Positions 7,827 to 15,437 of a DNA stretch of 32,000 nt are shown in pieces. Source of the stretch: Sinorhizobium meliloti (GTDB lineage Bacteria; Pseudomonadota; Alphaproteobacteria; Rhizobiales; Rhizobiaceae). The translations under genes and the position numbers were made by a program. Location of the stretch: positions 60,001 to 92,000 of the forward strand of contig NZ_JAGIOS010000003.1 in NCBI RefSeq assembly GCF_017876815.1, read 5' to 3'. The notes beneath the pieces were generated by a model. The model was not told where the DNA came from. It did not search any database and saw only the letters and a list, made by a program, of their open reading frames with translations. Position 1 is the stretch's first letter. Each line of letters starts with the position of its first letter.

Positions 7827-7886
7827 GCATTCTGCGGCAGTGTCCTATCCCCTTCATAACGGTTCCGGGCGATGGACGCAGAATGC
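7827..7886. repeat. 10-bp inverted repeat between the convergent permease and nhaA genes
   Basis: GCATTCTGCG (7827-7836) pairs with CGCAGAATGC (7877-7886) across a 40-nt spacer. There is no U-tract. Confidence 0.5.
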
Positions 7887-7921
7887 GGATGCGTCGCTAG
7901 GAACGCCGATGGGCGCCTTCA

Positions 7922-9235
7922 CTATCGTCTGTTAGGAGACGTCAGTAAGGTCAGCGCCATAAAACCGAGTGCGGCCGATATGACGGAAGCGCCGAGCACA
8001 CCGAGCTTGACGGGGATCAGAAGCTCGGGCTCGAAAGCAAGCTCGGCAATGAACAGAGCCATGGTGAAGCCGATCCCGGTCAGCAGACTGCCGGCCGCCA
8101 ACAGGCTCCAGGATAGCTGTTCCGGACGACTCGCGAGGCGAAGTTTCACGGCGAGGAAACTGAAGAGCACAATGCCAGCCGGCTTGCCGACCACGAAGGC
8201 GACGACAATTGCGATCGTGAGGGGAACGTCGAAGTTTGCATCCTCTATCGGGACGCCCGCGTTGGAGACGGCAAAGAGCGGCATGATTGCGAATGCGACC
8301 CAGGGATGGAGGGCGATCTCGAGACGCTCGATCGGCGACACTGCTTCGCGGGTCGCGACGCCTGCCCGATGAAGGTCGCTGCGTGCCGCCGTGTCACGGC
8401 TGCGATGGTCGCCGGGGGGATGGGCGATCACCCGGTCGAGTATCGCGTGGAGGCGGATCTCGCTTACCCACCTTCGCGCCGGCGTCATCAAGCCAAGTAT
8501 CACTCCGACGAGCGTCGCGTGAACGCCCGATGCGTCGAATGCCAGCCAGATGGCGCTACCCATCACGAAATAGACCGGAATGCTGCGGATGCCCAGAAGG
8601 GCAATTCCTGCGACGAAGGCAAATCCGAGTCCTCCGGTTCCGAGTGCCACCCAATTCAACGGTTCGCCATAGCCGACCGCCACGATCAATATGGCGCCGA
8701 TGTCGTCGAAGATCGCAAGAGAGAGCAGGAACAGTCGCAAGCTACCAGGTACGCGCGAACCGAGCAAAGCAAGGCATCCGATGACGAACGCCGTGTCCGT
8801 GGACATAACGGTGCCCCAGCCGCTCGCACCCGGCCCTCCGCCGACAAGCAGCAAATAGATTCCGGCCGGTGCAGCCATCCCCCCGAGAGCGGCGGCGACG
8901 GGTAGAGCGGCCATGCGCGGATTGCGCAGCTCCCCCAGCACCAGCTCGCGCTTCAGCTCAAGGGCGATGACGAAGAAAAAAAACGTCATCAGCCCGTCGT
9001 TGATCCAGTGCTTCAGCGAACGATAGATCCCGATGTCGCCCAGTCTGACACCCGCGGGCATCTCCCAAAAGGCGAGAAACGACGACGACCACGCGGTATT
9101 TGCGAGGCCGAGCGCCAAGAGCGTGCTGAGCAAAAGGATAATGCCCGCGGTGGCCTCGATCCGGAGGAACCGCATAAACGGCTTGGTAAGCCGATCTGCC
9201 GGTTCCCTGGGAAGCCGTGAGAGACTGTCGTTCAT
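7922..9235 (-). CDS. nhaA: Na+/H+ antiporter NhaA
   Basis: NhaA hallmarks are present: LKHWINDGLMTFFFFVIALELKRE, LAIFDDIGAILIVA and FMALFIAELAF. I trimmed the start to ATG 9235 (MNDSLSRL...), which has AGGAG about 11 nt upstream. The track's longer 9319 start adds a non-NhaA Arg-rich leader. Confidence 0.9.
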   Translation of the reverse strand: MNDSLSRLPREPADRLTKPFMRFLRIEATAGIILLLSTLLALGLANTAWSSSFLAFWEMPAGVRLGDIGIYRSLKHWINDGLMTFFFFVIALELKRELVLGELRNPRMAALPVAAALGGMAAPAGIYLLLVGGGPGASGWGTVMSTDTAFVIGCLALLGSRVPGSLRLFLLSLAIFDDIGAILIVAVGYGEPLNWVALGTGGLGFAFVAGIALLGIRSIPVYFVMGSAIWLAFDASGVHATLVGVILGLMTPARRWVSEIRLHAILDRVIAHPPGDHRSRDTAARSDLHRAGVATREAVSPIERLEIALHPWVAFAIMPLFAVSNAGVPIEDANFDVPLTIAIVVAFVVGKPAGIVLFSFLAVKLRLASRPEQLSWSLLAAGSLLTGIGFTMALFIAELAFEPELLIPVKLGVLGASVISAALGFMALTLLTSPNRR

Positions 9236-9704
9236 GCCGTGAACCACTCCTGCGGTTTTGACCGCGACTGGCAAATGTCTCCAGCGGCTATTGCGACGCC
9301 TGCACCGCATTAAGTCCACACCCGGACGACTTCAGGTTGGGCGTCCCGAAAGACTTGATGAGGGTGACATCGGCCGCATCACGGCCTCACCAAACAGGGA
9401 TCGTGCCGACCCGCAGCGTATCGTCGCTCGGATCGTATTTGTGCCATCCATCGTCACGAACACCTCCATTCAGGCATTGGAATCCATCGGGTCGACGACC
9501 GCCTTCGTCCTTGATTGTGGCATCGCCACGTATCGTCATTTCACCGCCGGTGCTACAAGCCGCCGGCACCGGTGACCCAAGAGATCGCTATTAGTGATGT
9601 CGGCACATCGGGGGCGGTCAATGTCGTTTCAGGAACGCGAATATAGGCCGCCGTCTCGTGGAGCGCAGCAGGCCTACGAGCGCGGATCAGCCTCTGGATC
9701 CATC

Positions 9705-9980
9705 CTAGCGGAAATGGGCGGCGGTCAGTGTGTAACAATCGCGACGGCCGCCCGAGTAGGCCTTCCGTGCGACATCATAGACGGACGAGCGCAATGCGTC
9801 GAAAGCAGAAAGGAGCTTCGATTCAGAGACTTTCGATCTGCCGAGTTCGGCATCGGCCACCACGAGCGCGTCAGCCTCGACGAAGAACCGCACCTCAAAC
9901 ATACCCTCGTGGCCAAGAAAACGGACGGCGTTTCTTTTTTCATCGAAGCTGCGGCTCGAATTTGGAAATATCAGCGTCAT
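9705..9980 (-). CDS. DUF1488 domain-containing protein
   Basis: MTLIFPNSSRSFDEKRNAVRFLGHEGMFEVRFFVEADAL matches the DUF1488 N-terminal pattern. The start is taken at the internal ATG 9980. Confidence 0.7.
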   Translation of the reverse strand: MTLIFPNSSRSFDEKRNAVRFLGHEGMFEVRFFVEADALVVADAELGRSKVSESKLLSAFDALRSSVYDVARKAYSGGRRDCYTLTAAHFR

Positions 9981-10356
9981 AATCAGCGTGCCTCTGTTTC
10001 GCACGACGCTGAAGGCGCGGGTGCAGATTAGGCTGCCCCGCCGCCTCCAGCGTTCCGTATGCGAAGGTTATGGTCGACAAGCGCCGGTGAAGTGGGCGGT
10101 GCCTACGTATAGCAGGTTTGAACGAAGCGACTCTCCACGCCCGCGCGGCGCGAGACCTCGCATCCTAATCGTGGTGAATAGAAGGTCCTTGAGGCGGCGA
10201 ACCCAAACCTCAGCCAGATGAACGAGTTGTATATATGTGCCTGAATTGGGCTTTAAACAAGGCGCTCGGGTCTTCCGGACGCCGAATCCGCCTGATTGTT
10301 CCGCCTGTGTGAAGGTCGCCAAGACCAGAGACGGCGATAGCGCTCGCGAGGAACCA

Positions 10357-10381
10357 GGAACATCCAGACGCACGCAGCGTT
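10357..10381 (+). promoter_or_regulatory. EcfG-type (general stress response ECF sigma) promoter, GGAAC-N16-CGTT
   Basis: GGAAC at 10357-10361, an exact 16-nt spacer, then CGTT at 10378-10381. It lies about 32 nt upstream of the ATG pair at 10413/10416. A second GGAAC sits at 10350. Confidence 0.55.
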
Positions 10382-10415
10382 TTGTTTCAGAGACTTGATG
10401 CACTGGGAGGTGATG

Positions 10416-10796
10416 ATGAGAAAGCGCTCCCCCAAATTATCGCCTGAGGTGCGCGCGGCGATCAGCGCATTTTTGAACGGGTGTCAGAAAGAAGCCCGGC
10501 CATTTGCGACCTCTGAAGCCCTTGGCGCCGTGCGGCGCATGTTTCCTGACCTGGATATATCAGATACAGATCTCGTGGCCGCCATCAGCAGCGAAGCAGC
10601 TTCCGCGGGCTTCGACGTAGACACCCTAGAACCAAAGTCTGCGCCGCGCATGAGGGATTCGCTTGAAGAATGGGACAATGACGGCGGCGCAGTCGACAAA
10701 TTGCCGCGCGGCGAAACTCAAGGCAGGCGTGGCAATGACACGGACGGCAAAGGGCGGCGGGCAAAAGCGACCAAGGATAGAAATGAGCTTCTCTAG
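10416..10796 (+). CDS. small hypothetical protein with W-D-N-D-G-G-A motif
   Basis: GGGAGG (10405-10410) precedes tandem ATGs at 10413 and 10416, and spacing favours 10416. The product has an acidic middle, the motif LEEWDNDGGAVD, and a basic Gly/Arg tail. Confidence 0.6.
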   Translation: MRKRSPKLSPEVRAAISAFLNGCQKEARPFATSEALGAVRRMFPDLDISDTDLVAAISSEAASAGFDVDTLEPKSAPRMRDSLEEWDNDGGAVDKLPRGETQGRRGNDTDGKGRRAKATKDRNELL

Positions 10797-11177
10797 CACG
10801 GCACAGCGAGAGGCTCAGAAGTTCGGTATCGACAATTCGCGAACTTCAACCCCGGCGCAAGCCGCTTTTTTGAGGCCTGTGCAAGGTGAGTCTCTGCGAA
10901 GGAATCCGCTCGCACCGCTGAATAGTCCTTCAGGAAAGCCGGTGAGGGAAGAAGCGCCCATGCCTTTCCTCATCGCGCTCATCTTGGTCCTTCGGCGGGA
11001 CCCACCTGGTGCCTCCGGCACTCTTGACCCTCCGATCAATCGCGTCTTTACGAATGAAACGCAGACGATTGCTATTTGCATGGCCAAGGCGCAGTGTGCC
11101 GAACTTCGGTAGCAAATATTACGGGCGCTGCTGTTTGAGGGCTAGCAGGCCCTGGCCCCAAAGGAAAGGAGGACGTC

Positions 11178-11336
11178 ATGTCTTCCATCGAAAACAATAT
11201 CTCATCTGTCGATTTTGAGATGATCCGGTCCGTCTTGGACGATGCCGGCTACGATGCCAGCGTCCTTGTCGAGGATCAGTGTTTGTTCGACACGGCGGCG
11301 TTGCTCGTGACCAAGCTGTTCCTCGGTCGGCACTAG
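11178..11336 (+). CDS. 52-aa acidic small protein (hypothetical), absent from the ORF track
   Basis: AGGAGG lies 6 nt upstream of ATG 11178. The product is MSSIENNISSVDFEMIRSVLDDAGYDASVLVEDQCLFDTAALLVTKLFLGRH, ending at TAG 11334-11336. Confidence 0.5.
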   Translation: MSSIENNISSVDFEMIRSVLDDAGYDASVLVEDQCLFDTAALLVTKLFLGRH

Positions 11337-11374
11337 CCGCGAAGCTGGAGTGTCAACTGGGCAGAGCCGGCACG

Positions 11375-11404
11375 CACAGGCACAGGCTGTCGCTGTCGCT
11401 GTCG
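11375..11404. repeat. short hexamer microsatellite, (CACAGG)x2 then (CTGTCG)x3
   Basis: Read directly: cacaggcacaggctgtcgctgtcgctgtcg. It is intergenic, downstream of the 52-aa ORF. Confidence 0.6.
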
Positions 11405-11580
11405 CGCTACACAATTCAAGGTTTTCCGCTTGAGTCACAGGCGAACAAGTCATAAGCGGTGGCTATTTTGAGGCTCTTCGACTGCCAACGAGTGTTAGCT
11501 TGCTTAATCGAGCCAAGGTTCATCGGCAGGCTCCGGAAGTGATTGCGAAGTTGCAAACCGTTGAATAAGGAGTGCACGCA

Positions 11581-11775
11581 ATGGCACCAAGTAATGAACG
11601 AAGTAGAGAAGACCGGATCCGCGAACGTGCCCATGAAATCTGGGAGCGCGAGGGTCGCAAGGATGGTGATCACGAGCGCCATTGGGACGAGGCGGAAAAG
11701 GAAATGAGAAAGAAAGAATCCGGCATAGGTCCCTCCGCGAACCCATCGGGGCCGGGCGATCCCACCGGCGAATGA
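11581..11775 (+). CDS. DUF2934 domain-containing protein
   Basis: AAGGAG lies upstream of ATG 11581. RIRERAHEIWEREGRKDGDHERHWDEAEKEM is the DUF2934 signature. Confidence 0.8.
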   Translation: MAPSNERSREDRIRERAHEIWEREGRKDGDHERHWDEAEKEMRKKESGIGPSANPSGPGDPTGE

Positions 11776-12078
11776 GTGTTCCGAAGAAACGACTACAATA
11801 GTCCGAAGAGCCCACATCAGCGCCGCTCGGAAGCTTGCGACGATTCTGTTTATATTCTGTGCCTTGCGTGGTTCAAATAAATCGCGCCAACTCTATCTCC
11901 ACAGGGCGACATCCGGGGAAACGAACCCCAACCGCGAACTGGTGCACGCTCACGCCCCAAGGGGACCAAATCGCAGCGACATTATGTCTTGGTCACAAAG
12001 CAAGCGAGGTGCTCCATCGCCAGGGCGCACCGCTGTTGGCTGTGCGCCAGCGCCCTGAGTCGGTAGTCCAGGCAAACA

Positions 12079-14424
12079 TTATTTTTCGCATAATCGACGC
12101 CGGCCGGAATAGGGCTGGTAAGTGCAATCCGAAGGGCGGAAGGAACGATAGCTGCGGGAGCAAGCTGTAATGTTGCAGGATTGCGGTACGCCGTGGCTGT
12201 CGACAATCGTGCCCTCCGGCCGCTCAGGAATTGGCGCAGGCGCGGCCATGGCCTCCCGCATGAAGTCCCGCCAAATATGCGCTGGCAGGTCACCACCGGT
12301 GACCCCCTTCATCGGCGTGTAGTCGTCATTGCCTACCCACACGGCGGCGATGAGCGGCTCCGTGAAGCCTACAAACCAAGCGTCGCGATTGTTTTGGCTG
12401 GTGCCGGTCTTGCCGGCCGCGAATGCGCCCGGATCGGCCTCGCGCCCGGTTCCGCGCTCGACTGCTAACTGCAGAAGCCCAATAAGGTCGGACTGGTAGG
12501 CCGATAGATCAATGGCGGGCGTGGTATGTGAGCCAACCCGAAACGCCCTCGGCTGCCCGGCCGCCTGAAAGTGGACAATGCCCCAAGGCTCTACGGGTGC
12601 CTTGCCGAAGCGGACCGACGCATAGGCGCTCGTAAGTTCAAGTAAGCTTACTTCCGACGTGCCGAGGGCCAGAGACGGTGTACTAACAAGGGGTGCATCG
12701 ATTCCGAGCTCGCGCGCAGCGGCGATCACATTGTCGAGCCCGACTTCTTGGGCAAGCGCCACTGTCGGTGCATTCAGCGACCGCGCGAAGGCCTCGGCAA
12801 TGGAAACCCAGCCGCGATATCGGCCGCTAGAGTTCTCCGGCGACCAGCCATTGACGTCGATCGGCGCGTCGAGGACCCGGTCAGTTGGAGTGAACCCGGC
12901 CTTCAGCGCTGCATAGTAGACGAACAGCTTGAAGGTGGAGCCAGGTTGCCGCATCGCGGTGACCGCACGGTTAAACTGGCTTTGCTTGTAGTCGCGGCCG
13001 CCGACCATGGCAACTACCGCTCCATCCGGCGTCATGGCAACCAACGCGGCCTGGGATGCGCCGACAGCCCGTCCTTCAGTATCCAAGGCATTTCTTACCA
13101 CTCTTTCAGCGATCTGTTGCAGGTGCGGAACGAGCGTCGTGCGTACCGTGGTGGTACCCGGTGAGGGACCGGCAATCTCGCTCGCCCGTGGCGAGATCCA
13201 ATCGGCGAACCAGCTTCCGGAGCGTGGCGTCGGCATCGTCGGATTTAGCGTGGCGAAGCTTTCCTTGACTCGTTCTGCGTCGGGCGCGGTGATTTTGCCG
13301 TTGGCCACCATTGTGTCGAGAACGACGGCGGTGCGTTGCCGGGCGCCTTCCAAATTGTCGATCGGATTCCATTGGCTTGGGGCCCGCAACAACCCCGCTA
13401 ACATCGCGGATTCCGGCAGGTTTAGCACGTCAATGTTCTTGTTGAAGTAGACGCGCGCGGCTGCAGGCATGCCTGTCGCGCCGGCGCCGAGATAGGCGCT
13501 GTTGAGATAGCGCGTCAGGATTTCCTTTTTGCCGAGTTTCAACTCCAGCCAAAGGGCGATAACAAACTCCTGTATTTTTCGTTTTATCGTGCGGTCGCTG
13601 TCGAGGTATTGCAGCTTGATGAGCTGCTGGGTGATCGTGCTGCCGCCCTCTATAACCGAACCAGCTTCGAAGTTTCGAACGAGCGCCCTTCCGATGCCTC
13701 GGACATCGATACCGAAATGATCCATGAACCGCCGATCCTCAATTGACAGCACGGCATCGATCAGATGTGGCGGGAATTGGTTATATTGCGCGTAGGGGCC
13801 TTGATAGGGGCCCTGCCTTACCAGCGGTTCTCCGTCCGCTGTTTCGAGCACCACGACGGGTTTCAGGGTTCCGTTGCGAATCTCGTTCCAGGGCACGTCC
13901 TTCAGCGCCCATACCATTACAGCTCCAATAAGCACGATGCAGGTCACGAAGGTCAATCCGACAGTGACTTTCCACCCGCTGGTATTTTGCCATGCGTATC
14001 GGCTGAACTTCAGAGGCCTTGTCAGATAACGAACACCTCGTCCTGTGTTGGCCACAGCAGTCGCAGACCATTGGCTGATATTGTGAATGGTTGGTAAATC
14101 AGCCTGTCGGCTCGATTTGTTGAACTTTGCCTTTAAAGAGGAAGCGGCCGCCTTGGCACTAACCTTCGTCGAGATGGAGATTGCATGCAAATCATGGCGC
14201 AACGCCTGCAGTAACTTGTGCGCTGCCAGTCTGCTCTGCTCAAATGGTCTAGGGGGCTGTTGCGGCTGGTCAGCTTGGATGAATGCGCTGGCTTCTCCTT
14301 CGGAGGTCGAAACGGATTCCGCCCCTGCGTGGTCACCCGCGAAATTCGGCGTTGCTTCCGCTACGCCGCTACCTTTATCGGAGCCACTGGCACTTCGACA
14401 TTGGGTTTTAGAAGGGCGTGGCAT
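12079..14424 (-). CDS. class A penicillin-binding protein (PBP1A family transglycosylase/transpeptidase) with BA14K-like C-terminal tail
   Basis: GT51 motifs: EDRRFMDHFGID and GGSTITQQLIK. Transpeptidase motifs: GSTFK, SLN and KTGTS. A single TM helix is present (VGLTFVTCIVLIGAVMVWAL). The C-terminus is CNITACSRSYRSFRPSDCTYQPYSGRRRLC. Confidence 0.9.
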   Translation of the reverse strand: MPRPSKTQCRSASGSDKGSGVAEATPNFAGDHAGAESVSTSEGEASAFIQADQPQQPPRPFEQSRLAAHKLLQALRHDLHAISISTKVSAKAAASSLKAKFNKSSRQADLPTIHNISQWSATAVANTGRGVRYLTRPLKFSRYAWQNTSGWKVTVGLTFVTCIVLIGAVMVWALKDVPWNEIRNGTLKPVVVLETADGEPLVRQGPYQGPYAQYNQFPPHLIDAVLSIEDRRFMDHFGIDVRGIGRALVRNFEAGSVIEGGSTITQQLIKLQYLDSDRTIKRKIQEFVIALWLELKLGKKEILTRYLNSAYLGAGATGMPAAARVYFNKNIDVLNLPESAMLAGLLRAPSQWNPIDNLEGARQRTAVVLDTMVANGKITAPDAERVKESFATLNPTMPTPRSGSWFADWISPRASEIAGPSPGTTTVRTTLVPHLQQIAERVVRNALDTEGRAVGASQAALVAMTPDGAVVAMVGGRDYKQSQFNRAVTAMRQPGSTFKLFVYYAALKAGFTPTDRVLDAPIDVNGWSPENSSGRYRGWVSIAEAFARSLNAPTVALAQEVGLDNVIAAARELGIDAPLVSTPSLALGTSEVSLLELTSAYASVRFGKAPVEPWGIVHFQAAGQPRAFRVGSHTTPAIDLSAYQSDLIGLLQLAVERGTGREADPGAFAAGKTGTSQNNRDAWFVGFTEPLIAAVWVGNDDYTPMKGVTGGDLPAHIWRDFMREAMAAPAPIPERPEGTIVDSHGVPQSCNITACSRSYRSFRPSDCTYQPYSGRRRLCEK

Positions 14425-14597
14425 TGGTTACCGTAAAAGGCTCCAGAGCGACTTGGAAAGCTTGCAGCGTAGCACAGCGACGCGGCGGCTGCCGGGTGGC
14501 CCGTCCCAGCCACGACGAGATCCAAGGTGACGCGGGACTTGGGGCAAAGCGGTAAAATCAGTGAAGGGCTTCTTCGTATGGTTTAATTGACGTCTGC

Positions 14598-14768
14598 TCA
14601 TTCCCGGCCCGCTCGCGTTCCAGTGGGCTCGATCGGAGAGATTTGTCCCTTTGCCCATTCGGAGACGGCAATGGCAGAACCAAGCAACAGCACGGGCAGT
14701 GCCAGTGCGACAAGGAACCTGAGCACCTGAAGCCGTCGGATGCGTCTTCCCTCCCAATCGTAATCCAT
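14598..14768 (-). CDS. possible 56-aa single-pass membrane protein, absent from the ORF track
   Basis: GGAGAG lies 4 nt upstream of ATG 14768. The product is MDYDWEGRRIRRLQVLRFLVALALPVLLLGSAIAVSEWAKGQISPIEPTGTRAGRE, ending at TGA 14598-14600. Confidence 0.3.
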   Translation of the reverse strand: MDYDWEGRRIRRLQVLRFLVALALPVLLLGSAIAVSEWAKGQISPIEPTGTRAGRE

Positions 14769-14935
14769 CGTCTCTCCGCCTGGCGTGTGCGCATCGCAGA
14801 GTAGCCAGTAAGACAGGAAACCAGGGAGGGGTCGACCGGTCGAGTCTTTTCAACGTGTTCAGGCCGGGAATCCATTTCCCCTCGCTGAATTTTTCGCGCT
14901 CGTCGTATGGTCATAGGACCTTAGTCCGTCAAAAA

Positions 14936-14961
14936 AACGGGCAAAGGTCCTACACCGTTCC
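14936..14961 (-). promoter_or_regulatory. EcfG-type promoter-like motif, GGAAC-N17-CGTT, reading leftward
   Basis: On the minus strand: GGAAC (14961-14957), a 17-nt spacer, then CGTT (14939-14936). It lies 21 nt upstream of ATG 14914 and about 170 nt upstream of the 56-aa membrane ORF. Confidence 0.4.
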
Positions 14962-15173
14962 GAGATTACAAGGCCGGGCACACACCAACTGCCCGAGGGA
15001 ACGACGCTGATCATTCATCCAGACGTTTCTTTGGAGTTTTTCGCTGTGCCTTCTCGCAAACGATGGAGACATAGGGCAGCCGCGTTCGCTTGGCGGACGA
15101 TTCGCCGCTATCAGGGCTCGGGCACATCTCCTGCGATGCAGAAGATCAACTGTACTGTCCGCAATGTGGCGCA

Positions 15174-15437
15174 CTATGTCCGAGTTTGCAGCCCCCGTCG
15201 CGCAGGTATGGTGACCTGCTCCACCTCCGGCATGTCTCTTATGGCTGAGAGGCAATCAGGTACGATTGACCCTTCACTCAAACGAGCGAAATGTATTCGC
15301 CTCAAGTTAGCGCTGCTACTGTCGCGTTTGACCGGAGCCGTCAGCTCAACACCCGGGAGAGCCTGAATCCTATTCAACAGGCGCTCGCGTTCGTCGACAC
15401 TCATGCCGATGCGGATCGTGAATATGATGTCAGTCAT
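15174..15437 (-). CDS. small protein resembling the pro-region of the adjacent S8 peptidase (I9-propeptide-like, by eye)
   Basis: 87-aa ORF. Its ATG (15437-15435) overlaps the S8 stop (15432-15430) within ATGACTGA. The segments IIFTIRIG...LLNRIQALPGVELTAPV and IHFARLSEG...LSAIRDMPEVEQVTIPARRGL mirror two segments in the S8 N-terminus. Confidence 0.6.
   Translation of the reverse strand: MTDIIFTIRIGMSVDERERLLNRIQALPGVELTAPVKRDSSSANLRRIHFARLSEGSIVPDCLSAIRDMPEVEQVTIPARRGLQTRT

Noticed and set aside
7195-7859. 220-aa (-) and 193-aa (+) ORFs at the 3' end of the SLC13 gene
   Set aside because: These are shadow frames of a strongly hydrophobic transporter gene. They are Arg/Gly-rich nonsense with no motifs.
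9236-9319. N-terminal extension of the nhaA ORF, with similar extensions at 9981-10004, 20345-20407, 21330-21404, 22947-23078 and 28797-28820
   Set aside because: The extensions add Arg/Cys-rich non-family sequence. Internal ATGs with proper SDs coincide with the family N-termini, so the extensions are artefacts of longest-ORF calling.
10663-11115. ORFs 10663-11112 (+), 10815-11087 (-) and 10930-11115 (-) in the gap after the 126-aa gene
   Set aside because: Three mutually overlapping frames are all open. None has a convincing SD or a recognisable motif, and I cannot tell which, if any, is coding. I left the region unannotated and flagged it as a long gap.
11375-11404. Hexamer repeats considered as a CRISPR or other array
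   Set aside because: There are only 2 plus 3 tandem 6-mers and no spacers. This is a microsatellite, not a CRISPR array. The antisense ORF 11202-11453, which translates it as ATATATACACAC, is spurious.
14558-14914. 118-aa ORF taken at face value as a protein
   Set aside because: The second half (…SLSHWHCPCCCLVLPLPSPNGQRDK…) is not protein-like and overlaps a cleaner 56-aa membrane ORF in another frame. Only the start region is of interest, because of the upstream GGAAC-N17-CGTT motif.
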